From Azonexus sp. (lineage in GTDB: Bacteria > Pseudomonadota > Gammaproteobacteria > Burkholderiales > Rhodocyclaceae), in NCBI GenBank assembly GCA_030696345.1, contig JAUYSK010000024.1:239566-303565 (forward strand): DNA of 64,000 nucleotides, given 5' to 3'. The notes under the pieces were generated by a model, which saw nothing but the letters and a program-made list of their open reading frames with translations, made no database searches and was not told the DNA's origin. Shown here piece by piece: positions 49,156-59,030 of the stretch. Position 1 is the stretch's first letter; every line of letters begins with the position of its first letter. The position numbers and the translations under genes were made by a program.

Positions 49156-52100
49156 TGCTTCGTAACTATGCCGCCATGACCAATCTGGAATATCACGAGA
49201 AGCAACTAAACTACAACAGCACAGCGTTGCTGGCATCCATTGCCGAGAAATTTCCCGACGAGCAGGACCGCGATTTGAACGATCCCAAATTTGCCGAGTT
49301 CTTGGCCGGCAATCCCTACAACCCAAAAATCATGGGCGACCTTGCCCATAGCCTTGGACTGGATAAAAAGTTTCTTAGCCCAGAACTTTGGAAAGACCTT
49401 TCTAACGGCTGGTGCCCAGTCTCCGAATCGTCCCCCTTGTTCAGCCAGGCACAGGTCACCCCAAGGGGAAAGATGGTGCAGTTCAGGAAAACATCCACCC
49501 CGATCAATCCTGATGGAAGTTACCGTTATCCAGCCAAGGGTGAGCAGAAAAATCGACTTGGGACCGAGTTTTTATTCTGCTTTGGCGAGCGCCTATCAAG
49601 CGCCATCGCCTTACTGGCCACCGAAGACCCCAGCATAGAAAAACGCTTCAGCCAGATTTGTAATGAAGTGTTCAGGGATGCTGTCATGCCTGAAATGCTC
49701 AACTTGGCCCGTATCCGAAAAGGTAAGGACGGTACCGATTACCAGTGTGCTGCCGAGATTTTGGGTATCCCATTTTTTCATGTGGACTCGCGCTCAAAAA
49801 GTCCATTTATACATTTTCATTTTGGCTTGATGGGTGTCGCCCGTGGCTATGACGGCAATCTTTACAGCTTATGCACGGACGAGATCGGAGCCAATGCATC
49901 CGCTCTGGATGCCATTTTTATGCGACACATCAAGGAGCGTCTTGAGCAGGAATTCGGGTTTGTTTTTGAACCCGTCAAACACGACGACGATCTTGAGAAC
50001 GAACATATCCAGGACCACGAGAGCAAAACCGTTTCCTTTGATCTTCCCGAAGTGCTGATTCCCGCCAATGTCCGTGAATGGCGCTCCACCCGCGAGAAAG
50101 AGATTCAGAAAGCATTGAAACAGTCTGGAAAGACTGGCTACAAGGCTGAAGAGTTAGCTCGTCTTTCATCACGCGATGAGAAAACCGACAAATCCCCCGC
50201 GCAACTGATGGCACTTTGGAAGCAGGATTTTCAGCGTCTGAATTGGACACCAACCCAGTTCAAGCAAGAGCTCTCTCGCCACAAGGCCAAGCCCCGCACG
50301 GTTCAGCAACCACTGAGCGCTGAAGTCATAGAGGACACCTTTCTTCGCCACCACAGGGATGTAGCGATGACTGAGAACCAGTATCTCGCTCATATCCAGA
50401 AACAGCTTTTACCCTTCATGAGTGGCGATCAGGCAGAACGGCAAGCCAGCACCATCTTTGAACGGGATTGTGTGCTCTCAATGAGTAAGGAGCAGATGGA
50501 TTACTTCAAGCCATTATTGGCAGACACCATCACCGACCCGAACCAGCGTCAGTCCATGCAACTTCGGTTCATGCGAGAGGCCCGATTTCTGCACAAATCC
50601 ACGATAGCCAAGGATGCCTATATCTCGTCCAGCCTGAAGGCTCGTGAGCATGAACAGGGTTTCAAATTTGATTCCGACCAGGTAGCCAGGTTCATCATTG
50701 ACTATGAAATTCAGCAATCCAGTCCAGACCGTAAATTCAAATTTGCCAATGGACAACGAAATGCCGTTCAAATGATTTTGAGTGCCGAAGGTGCCGTTGG
50801 CAACGTATCAGGAAGGGGCGGCAGTGGAAAATCAGCACTTTTGCGATGCGCCCGTGAGTTCTATGTTGCCAACGGCTTCAGGGTCTTCGGCACATCCACC
50901 AGTTCAACCGCCAGCAAGGGACTAGCCGAATCAACAGGCATGGGTGAAAGGGATTTTCACAACACCACCAAGCTCATTCGCCTGCTCGATGAGGGCAAGT
51001 TGAAACTGGATAACAAGTCCATCCTGTTTTGGGATGAGGCCGGAATGGCAGACACGAATTCCTTTTTCCGTGTCATCCAGCACATCAATAAATCTGGTGC
51101 AAGGCTGGTTCTAGTTGGTGAACGTGAGCAATTGCAAAGCGTAGGTTTTGGTGGAAATTTCTCCCAGCTCAACAAGGAGTTCATCACCACCCCAGTTCGT
51201 GAAATCATTCGGCAGGTTGATCAATGGCAACGGGACATGGTGGAAGATTTTGCTAGTGGCCGAGCCAGCCAGGCAGTCCGCACGCTCTATGAAAACGGCA
51301 AGGTCATCATCACCCAATCCGACGAGCAGCGTCTTGCTCAGATTGTGAATGACTACCTATCAGCAACCAGCAGCGCCAAGGACAAAATCATTCTGGCGGC
51401 GACTAATGACGATATTGAGCGAATCAATCTGGCCGTCAGAAACGAGCTCAAGAAGTTAGGCAAATTGCCTGCGCAGGAAGTTACGGTTCAGTGCAAAGAC
51501 AAGCAGGAACGCGGATTTTCAAAGGGTGATCGGATTGTCTTCACCAAAAACCAGAAATCAGACGACGCCGACGCCCAACAGATCAACAACAGCGATACAG
51601 GAGAAGTCGCCGAGATTTTCATGAGCAAGCTGACCGGCAAGCCCCGCTCCATCAAGCTCAAAATGGACGACGGCAGAGAAACCATGCTGGACCTTGGAAA
51701 GACTCACGCCCTACGACATGCCTACGCGGTCACTGTGCATAAAAGTCAGGGAGTAACGAAAAATCAGTCATTTTTCTTTGTGTCGTCAAATACCAACAGC
51801 CTGCACCATGCATATGTAGCCTGTTCTCGCCACCGCCACGAATTGAAGATGTATCTCAGCGAAGAGATGGCGACCAATATGGAAAATAGGCTGGATGGCA
51901 AAGAGCCAACAGCATCTATGAAGAAAGTGGCCCAGTGGCTTGCCCGTGAGAAAAATCTAAACCTACCCACTGAAACCTTGCAGTCATTCAGTGAAACCAG
52001 AGCCTTCCTTGACCAGCACTGGAAAGCCACCACTGGCAACGACCCGTATTTATTGGACCGTTTTACCTGCATCGTGGAAATGGGAAAAACCAACTTCAAG

Positions 52101-52334
52101 AAAACCAGCCACGATTATGAAATTCTGGATGGCGACGCCAAGAACACCTATGAAGCCTTGAAGATTGCACGCGTTGAACAGATTCGCCGCGCCGCTACTC
52201 AACCTGCGCCAATCCCTGATGCGATCAAATCACGATTTGTGCAGACCAGCTTACAGGCGCAACAGCAAGCCATGTTGACGCAACTCACCATGCAGCAGAC
52301 CAAAAACCGGAAACGATCAGCCATGAGAATTTAA
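49152..52334 (+). CDS. MOBF (TrwC-like) relaxase-helicase
   Basis: N-terminal Tyr residues, HUH-like DSRSKSPFIHFH; SF1B helicase GRGGSGKS, WDEAGM, VGEREQLQSV, YAVTVHKSQG. Confidence 0.85.
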   Translation: MMLRNYAAMTNLEYHEKQLNYNSTALLASIAEKFPDEQDRDLNDPKFAEFLAGNPYNPKIMGDLAHSLGLDKKFLSPELWKDLSNGWCPVSESSPLFSQAQVTPRGKMVQFRKTSTPINPDGSYRYPAKGEQKNRLGTEFLFCFGERLSSAIALLATEDPSIEKRFSQICNEVFRDAVMPEMLNLARIRKGKDGTDYQCAAEILGIPFFHVDSRSKSPFIHFHFGLMGVARGYDGNLYSLCTDEIGANASALDAIFMRHIKERLEQEFGFVFEPVKHDDDLENEHIQDHESKTVSFDLPEVLIPANVREWRSTREKEIQKALKQSGKTGYKAEELARLSSRDEKTDKSPAQLMALWKQDFQRLNWTPTQFKQELSRHKAKPRTVQQPLSAEVIEDTFLRHHRDVAMTENQYLAHIQKQLLPFMSGDQAERQASTIFERDCVLSMSKEQMDYFKPLLADTITDPNQRQSMQLRFMREARFLHKSTIAKDAYISSSLKAREHEQGFKFDSDQVARFIIDYEIQQSSPDRKFKFANGQRNAVQMILSAEGAVGNVSGRGGSGKSALLRCAREFYVANGFRVFGTSTSSTASKGLAESTGMGERDFHNTTKLIRLLDEGKLKLDNKSILFWDEAGMADTNSFFRVIQHINKSGARLVLVGEREQLQSVGFGGNFSQLNKEFITTPVREIIRQVDQWQRDMVEDFASGRASQAVRTLYENGKVIITQSDEQRLAQIVNDYLSATSSAKDKIILAATNDDIERINLAVRNELKKLGKLPAQEVTVQCKDKQERGFSKGDRIVFTKNQKSDDADAQQINNSDTGEVAEIFMSKLTGKPRSIKLKMDDGRETMLDLGKTHALRHAYAVTVHKSQGVTKNQSFFFVSSNTNSLHHAYVACSRHRHELKMYLSEEMATNMENRLDGKEPTASMKKVAQWLAREKNLNLPTETLQSFSETRAFLDQHWKATTGNDPYLLDRFTCIVEMGKTNFKKTSHDYEILDGDAKNTYEALKIARVEQIRRAATQPAPIPDAIKSRFVQTSLQAQQQAMLTQLTMQQTKNRKRSAMRI

Positions 52335-52351
52335 CAACAAAAGGGGACACC

Positions 52352-52600
52352 ATGATTATCAGCAAGACACTCAAAACACTCACCAAATCCGAAGAAGAAC
52401 ATGAATTAAGCAGCGACATTGTTTGCCGAACTTGTGCCAATGCAATTTGGCGAGAAGGACGTATCCGACGAGTTCAGGAAGACAACAGCAATATTTTGCA
52501 ATGCTACTGCCCCGTTTTCTTTACCGTTACCTGGGCAACACAAGAACCCGTGGAGTTCACCAACTGCGATGGATTCAAAGGGATGAACGACTTGACCTAG
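52352..52600 (+). CDS. Small Cys-containing plasmid-type protein
   Basis: CRTCANAIW..CYCPVF..W..CDG. Confidence 0.6.
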   Translation: MIISKTLKTLTKSEEEHELSSDIVCRTCANAIWREGRIRRVQEDNSNILQCYCPVFFTVTWATQEPVEFTNCDGFKGMNDLT

Positions 52601-52619
52601 AACTCACAATTTCGGCCGC

Positions 52620-52935
52620 ACTACCCTGGGGAAGCCCTGGGGAGAATTCAGCTTTAGCCGGGGTAGATTCCCCATTGCCTGGGGTAATTTTTGATCAACA
52701 TGGGGAAGATCATGCATCCCCACGAACAAATCTGAATCAATTTAACAAGATTTACCCCAGCTTCCCCAGGGCTTCCCCAAGCGCCTGGGGATGGTCAAAC
52801 CCTTTATTCAAAGGTCTTTTTACGGATTTCCCCAGATACCCCATCTTTTTTTAAGTTAAGAAGAAAGAGGGGTACATATAGCATCCATACCCCCCCTTGT
52901 ACGACTTTGAAAAAGCCTGGGGAAGTTGGGGTAAC
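52620..52935. repeat. CCCCA/TGGGG-rich element, copy 2
   Basis: Same orientation and block order as copy 1 (TTTACCCCA.CTTCCCCAGGGCTTCCCCA, GGATTTCCCCA, TTAAGAAGAAAG, CCCCCCTTGTA, GAAAAGCCTGGGG). Confidence 0.8.
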
Positions 52936-53023
52936 TGAAGGATTATTTTTATCTAAAGTTTGTCGGTTCACTTGCTTTCTCTGTTTGTTTTTGTAGCTTG
53001 TACAAAAATAAGAAGGGAACATC

Positions 53024-53233
53024 ATGGAGAACAAACCAGAAAATTTCACAGAAGAATATTCAACGCTCATCCCCACAGAGATCATGGGGGACTATGAATA
53101 CAGCAACAAATCACGAATAAGACCTCCCAACAAATTCTGGGCAGATCACGGCTACAAATTAAAGTTCTTTGTTCCAGCCTTGCTGTTCATTCTGCTCTAC
53201 GCCGCAACGTTCTACCTTGAAGTAATCGGCTGA
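53024..53233 (+). CDS. Small membrane protein
   Basis: RBS GAAGGG; C-terminal TM; precedes the coupling protein. Confidence 0.55.
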   Translation: MENKPENFTEEYSTLIPTEIMGDYEYSNKSRIRPPNKFWADHGYKLKFFVPALLFILLYAATFYLEVIG

Positions 53234-53242
53234 GGGGCAAAG

Positions 53243-55801
53243 ATGAGTATCAGGAATGAACCCAAAGCCAAGTTGATGTTGCCCGGCGACCAGCAACCAC
53301 TGGACACCACATTACAGACCGTCCATGTCGGTTCAGCCATTGGCATGGGGTTACTCACTGTCCTCTGCGCCACCAGTCTCATCTTATTGCTGTCATGGGC
53401 GAACTATCCATTTTTTCCCGCTCCGCCCAGCGACCGACCACCGATTTTTCATGTTCAGGCATTCTGGCAGCTAATCGCTGGATTGATTGCCAAAGCATTT
53501 CAAGGAGAAGTGTTCAGGTTCTACCATGACTATCTGAACCAGATGATCAAAATCGGCATGGGTGAAAATCTGGTCTATCGTTGGCTGATTGCCATCGCTG
53601 GCGGGTTGGCTTTTGGTTGCTGGATTTTCTGGAAATCGTTAAAGCCCACTGGTGGCACCAGGCATGTGAAGGGCAAGGAATTACTGGAAGGCAAAGCTGC
53701 CTACCTCACCTTAAAACGGGAGTTCAATTTCCTGTCCCGCAACGGCAAGGGTTCAGGTTTGGTTATCGCTGCCGACAAGGGCTTTGATCCGAGCAAGCCA
53801 CAGCACTACACCCCCCAGCACCTAAAACCAGGCACCTTTATTGAGAAGCCTGAAACCCTTCGCCGTTCGCACGCTCTCTATATTGGTGGGACTGGACGAG
53901 GCAAGACCCAGCTCATCTACTATCTTGAAGTGGCTCAGGTCTACCAACGCATTCGTAACGGCGAACCCGTCAAACTGTTAATCGCAGATACGCCCAAAGG
54001 TGACTACAAATTTTTCTTCCATGATTTCCATGTTTATTCAGTGTCACCTCAAGATGAAGGCGGGGTTTGCTGGGCCATTGCCGAAGACTTACGAAACCCA
54101 TTGGTAGCCAATGCTTTCTGGCGAGGCAAGATTCCCGTGGAAGACAAAAATCCGATTTGGTCACTTGCAGCCGTTTCTGTTTGCACAGGGGCAACCAAGG
54201 TATTGCAGGTCTTGGCACCACGGGCGTGGAATTATGGAATGTTGGCTCATTTGCTTGGCAAATCAGGTGGAGAGTTAGCCATCATTATTGGCGAGCACTA
54301 CCCGGAAGCCCGACAGGTCTTGAACTCAGCCGGTGAAACCCTAGCCAGCGTCATGTTCAATCTGGGCACCTACACTGCCGACATCATTCAACTTGGCCGA
54401 ATCTACGACTGCTACGACACCAAAATTCCGATTCGTCAGGCGACCGCCAAGGCTTTGCAGTCATCTGGCTACCTGAATTACATCGTCAAGGACATGAGTA
54501 GCGACCTACTGGACGCGACCAACGAAACGATCCGCCAAAAAAAGGCTACCTACTTCAAAGGGGTGTGTCTGTATCTCAACAAGGCGAAATCTGGCTGGCG
54601 CTGGAAAGACTTTGCTCGTTTCGTCAAGCAACCGATTGACGAGCAGAACGAGATGATTTTTCCGTTCATCAACGGCAATGAAAAAGCCTCGCTGATGAAA
54701 CCAGCATTCATGGATGGCTGGAAAAATCTTTGTGCTGCCGTAGTTCTTCACGCCCGTGAATGGGATTTGGCTGAAGGCACAAAACGGTTATCAATCCGCT
54801 CTTGGATCATGGACGAAAATCCAAAACGAAAGGTGCTCATTCTCAAACCATCCGAGAGCTTCCCCACCCTAACTGAAGGGCTTATTAAGGGGATACTCTA
54901 CTTTGCCAATACGGTGATTCTGGGCGACCTAGCCGACAGCCGAACCCGCAGATTCCACATTCTGATTGATGAATTTCAGTCCTACGGGAACATTGAAGCC
55001 TTCACGGCACCAGCCTTGTCCTTATACCGATCAAGGGGGATCAGTATCAGTTTGGCAATGCAGGATTTGGCCCAAATCGTCAAAGTCAGCGGTCAGGAGT
55101 TCGTTGATTTCATCACTTCAAATACCGGCAGTATCTTCATACTCGGCGTGAATGACGGTTTCACCGCGAACAAATTTTCTGACCTTCTGGGCGAAAAAAC
55201 CATAGCCAAGCTCCATCGCAGTGTAAGCCACAGCGACGGTGGAAAATCCACATCCACCGACGAGCAGCACCACCAGGAAAAAGTTATGGGAGCCAACGAA
55301 TTCAACTTGCTGGGAGCCAATGAAGCCACCATGACCATTACCTATCTGGCTCTATTCGCCAAGCAGAACCCCGCTTACATTCTGACTGCCCCGATTATTG
55401 CCTACAAGACCAGAGCAGAAAGCAAACCGGCGAAATGGATTGATACATCGCCAGCTACACCCCAATTGCCCAACATGGATGATTACTGGGATGATGCACT
55501 TCAATTAAGCCAAACAACATCAACCGTGAACGCTATCAACGAGGCAGCACTTTCGACGATTAACGAGTTGCTTGACCAGCAATATAAAGGCTACGAAGCC
55601 GACCTTGAACAGGAATACGCCACCCAGACTGAAGCGGACCGTCTGGGGTTCATCCCAGAACCTGGACCATTAGCCATCTACCAGGAAAGCGACGAACAAG
55701 ATGAAATCACCGATTACGCCATGCCAAAAAAAAGGTTTGCCGATGTTCATGGTGAAGAAAATGGAAATCCTTACCGTGAATTGATGTTGCGGCAGGAATA
55801 A
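53243..55801 (+). CDS. Type IV coupling protein (TrwB/TraD-like)
   Basis: N-terminal TMs, Walker A GGTGRGKT, Walker B ILIDEF, AMQDLAQI, SNTGSIFI. Confidence 0.85.
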   Translation: MSIRNEPKAKLMLPGDQQPLDTTLQTVHVGSAIGMGLLTVLCATSLILLLSWANYPFFPAPPSDRPPIFHVQAFWQLIAGLIAKAFQGEVFRFYHDYLNQMIKIGMGENLVYRWLIAIAGGLAFGCWIFWKSLKPTGGTRHVKGKELLEGKAAYLTLKREFNFLSRNGKGSGLVIAADKGFDPSKPQHYTPQHLKPGTFIEKPETLRRSHALYIGGTGRGKTQLIYYLEVAQVYQRIRNGEPVKLLIADTPKGDYKFFFHDFHVYSVSPQDEGGVCWAIAEDLRNPLVANAFWRGKIPVEDKNPIWSLAAVSVCTGATKVLQVLAPRAWNYGMLAHLLGKSGGELAIIIGEHYPEARQVLNSAGETLASVMFNLGTYTADIIQLGRIYDCYDTKIPIRQATAKALQSSGYLNYIVKDMSSDLLDATNETIRQKKATYFKGVCLYLNKAKSGWRWKDFARFVKQPIDEQNEMIFPFINGNEKASLMKPAFMDGWKNLCAAVVLHAREWDLAEGTKRLSIRSWIMDENPKRKVLILKPSESFPTLTEGLIKGILYFANTVILGDLADSRTRRFHILIDEFQSYGNIEAFTAPALSLYRSRGISISLAMQDLAQIVKVSGQEFVDFITSNTGSIFILGVNDGFTANKFSDLLGEKTIAKLHRSVSHSDGGKSTSTDEQHHQEKVMGANEFNLLGANEATMTITYLALFAKQNPAYILTAPIIAYKTRAESKPAKWIDTSPATPQLPNMDDYWDDALQLSQTTSTVNAINEAALSTINELLDQQYKGYEADLEQEYATQTEADRLGFIPEPGPLAIYQESDEQDEITDYAMPKKRFADVHGEENGNPYRELMLRQE

Positions 55802-55996
55802 GCTACGAAAGCAAAGAAATGCACTCTAATGAAGCCGTATAGTTGCCATTGATGTATGCTATCTGGGCAACAGTTAAGATTTTGTAGTCACCGATGCTGC
55901 TAATTTTTCTATCCGGCTTGTCGCCTACTTATCTTGCTTCATCATTATCAATACATCATCTGTTATCGAACTACATCACATCAGCAAAGGGAATAC

Positions 55997-56224
55997 ATGT
56001 CAAAATTGTTCAAGGTGTGCCTTGATATTGAGGGCAACGACAGAGGCTTGGCAGTTACGACTGTTGCCGCAGATAGTGCAGATGAAGCTATTGAGAAGGC
56101 CAAAAATCATGTTGGCGTGACAAATCAAAATGTTAAGCCCAGAACGCTTATCGTGAAAGGCGTGAAGGAGGTTGGAGAAAAAGGCTGCCTCACAGACCAA
56201 TATATACCGCGTGAGTGGATGTGA
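55997..56224 (+). CDS. Small hypothetical protein
   Basis: RBS AAGGG; 75 aa. Confidence 0.5.
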   Translation: MSKLFKVCLDIEGNDRGLAVTTVAADSADEAIEKAKNHVGVTNQNVKPRTLIVKGVKEVGEKGCLTDQYIPREWM

Positions 56225-56328
56225 GGCTTGTCTGAGCTTGCCGAAATACAAACCATGATCCTGATTAAATCGATTGCCAGAAAACCAAGGTTTTTGCCGT
56301 CAATTAAGCCAGAAGGCCAGTGATTACA

Positions 56329-57351
56329 ATGGAACTCATGAGCTTTTCTGCGGCATTGAAGGCAGCCAGTCATTGCTCCAAGAAACATTTGTTGCTTGGA
56401 AACGGTTTCAGCATCGCGTGCCGCCCCGATATTTTTGTGTATGGAAAACTTTTTGAGCAAGCAGACTTTTCCAAGCTATCCCCATCTGCGAAGAAGGCAT
56501 TTGAAGCTTTAGGCACACAAGACTTTGAGAAGGTCATAAAAGCATTACGGGATGCCAAAGCCGTATTGGCTGCTTATTCAGGCGTACCACCCAAGCTGTT
56601 GCAAACTCTGGAAGACGACGCCGACGGTCTTCGCGAGCTACTTGTTCAAACTATTGCCGCCAGCCATCCTGAATGGCCTGGCGAGATTCAAGAAAACGAG
56701 TACGCTGCATGTCGGGAATTCATTGGTCATTTTGACAACGTTTACACACTGAATTACGACCTATTGCTTTATTGGGCTCAAATGCACACAGAGCAAGGGA
56801 AAGGACCATCATCAGACGATGGATTCCGAAAACCAGAAGATGACTACGAAGCCTCTTATGTCACTTGGGAGCCAAGCAACAGTCATCGTCAAAATACTTG
56901 GTTCCTACACGGTGCTCTGCATCTATTTGATGCTGGAATTGAGATTCAAAAATATACGTGGGTCAATACCGGGATAAGACTTATCGAGCAAATCCGAGAT
57001 GCCTTGACCCGTGATTACTTTCCAATATTTGTAGCCGAAGGGACTAGCGATGAAAAACTCACGCGAATTCGACACAACGACTATTTAGCAAAGGCTTATC
57101 GGAGCTTCGTCGAGATTGGCGGAGCGTTGTTTGTCTATGGGCACTCACTTGCTGAAAACGATGAGCACTACCTCAAGAAGATTGAGAGAGGGAAAGTAAG
57201 CAATTTATTTGTTGGGATTTATGGCGATCCCAACTCACCCGCAAACAAAGCAATCATAACGCGAGCCAAACGTATGAACATCCCTCGAAGGCGAACTGCA
57301 TTAGCCGTACAGTTCTTCGACGCTGCAACGGCAAGAGTCTGGGGTAAATGA
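56329..57351 (+). CDS. DUF4917 / SIR2-like protein
   Basis: HLLLGNGFSI, YTLNYDLLLYW, FLHGALHLF, IFVAEGTS, LFVYGHSL. Confidence 0.8.
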   Translation: MELMSFSAALKAASHCSKKHLLLGNGFSIACRPDIFVYGKLFEQADFSKLSPSAKKAFEALGTQDFEKVIKALRDAKAVLAAYSGVPPKLLQTLEDDADGLRELLVQTIAASHPEWPGEIQENEYAACREFIGHFDNVYTLNYDLLLYWAQMHTEQGKGPSSDDGFRKPEDDYEASYVTWEPSNSHRQNTWFLHGALHLFDAGIEIQKYTWVNTGIRLIEQIRDALTRDYFPIFVAEGTSDEKLTRIRHNDYLAKAYRSFVEIGGALFVYGHSLAENDEHYLKKIERGKVSNLFVGIYGDPNSPANKAIITRAKRMNIPRRRTALAVQFFDAATARVWGK

Positions 57352-57352
57352 T

Positions 57353-57418
57353 CACTAACTATTCGTTTGGAATACGAACCGCCAGTCGGCGGAACGTCAC
57401 GGAACTTAAGCGTTAAAC
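57353..57418 (+). other. attC-like imperfect palindrome
   Basis: CTAAC 2-3 nt after a stop codon, central CCGCC-AGTC-GGCGG hairpin, GTTAAAC directly before the next ATG; L boxes degenerate. Confidence 0.45.
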
Positions 57419-58021
57419 ATGCCAGAACTTTCGAAGGATGTTGTTGCCCTGCTTCAATACCTACTACCGGGCTTTCTTGTGGCATGGGTATTCTATGGAC
57501 TTACGTCTCACCAAAAGCCCTCACAGTTTGAGCGAGTAGTCCAAGCCCTCATATTCAGCCTTGCTGTTCGAGTTCTTGTATTCGTTGAGCGGTTAGTCCT
57601 AGAGTTTATTGGGCAGTGGAAAACTTTAAGCCCCTGGGATTCGGAAGCTGACCTTGCTTGCTCACTTCTGAGCGCAATAGCTCTTGGTGTATTGATTGCA
57701 TACACAATCAATACTGACCGTTTTCATACAATTCTGCGTAACAAAGGCCTTTCTACACGAAGCTCTCATCCATCGGAATGGTGTGGCACGTTGTCCGAGT
57801 GCGCTCGCTACGTAGTCCTCCACTTGAAGGATGACCGAAGGCTTTATGGCTGGCCGAAGGTCTGGCCTTCCGATCCTGAGAAAGGCCACTTCTTCATTAC
57901 TGTGCCTTCATGGATCGATGCAGACGGCAATGACCATCCGTTGGCAACTATTGAAGGTTTGCTTATAAATGTTGCAGACGTCAAATGGGTTGAGTTTCTT
58001 AATAAACCGGAGAATACGTAA
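57419..58021 (+). CDS. DUF6338-like membrane protein
   Basis: LLPGF, three to four TMs, VVLHLKDDRRLYGW, GLLI. Confidence 0.75.
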   Translation: MPELSKDVVALLQYLLPGFLVAWVFYGLTSHQKPSQFERVVQALIFSLAVRVLVFVERLVLEFIGQWKTLSPWDSEADLACSLLSAIALGVLIAYTINTDRFHTILRNKGLSTRSSHPSEWCGTLSECARYVVLHLKDDRRLYGWPKVWPSDPEKGHFFITVPSWIDADGNDHPLATIEGLLINVADVKWVEFLNKPENT

Positions 58022-58155
58022 TGACCACAAAACCGACTACTCCCGCATCTCCAACCCACGTCCCTAGGCCGCCTCAGAGAAGGGATCAGGCAAACGTCAA
58101 TCCGCCACCCACTTATCAAAAACCTGCGACACCACCATCGCCACCAAAAAAGTGA
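58021..58155 (+). CDS. Pro-rich micro-protein (44 aa)
   Basis: TAATG coupling to the DUF6338 stop; MTTKPTTPASPTHVPRPPQRRDQANVNPPPTYQKPATPPSPPKK. Confidence 0.55.
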   Translation: MTTKPTTPASPTHVPRPPQRRDQANVNPPPTYQKPATPPSPPKK

Positions 58156-58294
58156 TAGCGAACACGAAGCCAAGAAAAAGCCGCACATTGAAACCGCGAG
58201 GCATCTCTGAAATTTTAATGTCAAACATCCGCTATCCCTAAGTCCCAAGGAAAAACTAGGCACTCTGGCATCATTGACACAATTGCCGACATTT

Positions 58295-58897
58295 TCACAG
58301 CACCCGCTTAATCAGCTCATAGCCAAGCAGCACTATTGCCATACTGGACGACAACACCAGAGTGTCACGGGCGATCCGTTTCATTGAATAAGGACTATCA
58401 GCCATTTTCTGAAGGTATGGCTCAACCAGTTCAGGCAGCTTGGATCGCATGGTACTGATAAACAGTTGACGGCTCTTCTCTCGTATCTTTTCGTTTTCTG
58501 CATCAAGCAGATTGGCATAGCTCAGTATCTTGTCATCGTGAGCTTTTAGCAGTTCAGCGAAGCGCAGACCAATTTTCTGGATGTCTGTAACAGACCGATT
58601 GCTTTGAGCCTGAAGTTCAATCTTCATGCCATCAATGCAACTTTTCAACTTTGACTGCATGGCACCATCCAAGGATTCGGCCATTTGCCAGACAACATTG
58701 TTCATTTGCTCGACAGCATCGGGCATATCTTCATAGAGCGTTTTGATGTAGCCCATGACATAAAGAAGGGCGAAGGCTTCATCATCCGACCTTAAGCCTG
58801 CGTCGTTGATGACCATCATCATATCTAGCCTTCTCTCTTCTGGAAGCATAGCTAGGATTTTGTCCCTGAAATTCTCCTGTCCGAACTCTTTCTGCAT
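58295..58897 (-). CDS. Hypothetical coiled-coil protein with C-terminal TM (possible mobilization accessory)
   Basis: RBS GAGGA; GLRSDDEAFALL motif; C-terminal hydrophobic segment. Confidence 0.6.
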   Translation of the reverse strand: MQKEFGQENFRDKILAMLPEERRLDMMMVINDAGLRSDDEAFALLYVMGYIKTLYEDMPDAVEQMNNVVWQMAESLDGAMQSKLKSCIDGMKIELQAQSNRSVTDIQKIGLRFAELLKAHDDKILSYANLLDAENEKIREKSRQLFISTMRSKLPELVEPYLQKMADSPYSMKRIARDTLVLSSSMAIVLLGYELIKRVL

Positions 58898-59030
58898 GGA
58901 TTTTCCTCGTTTAGATACAACATAAGAAATTCATGCGGAAACACAAGGGGGAAAGACTCCGTTCTTCTGAATATATTTGACATGCTAATTTTTACAGTTA
59001 TAGGTAGATCATAACTATAAGGAAAACAAC

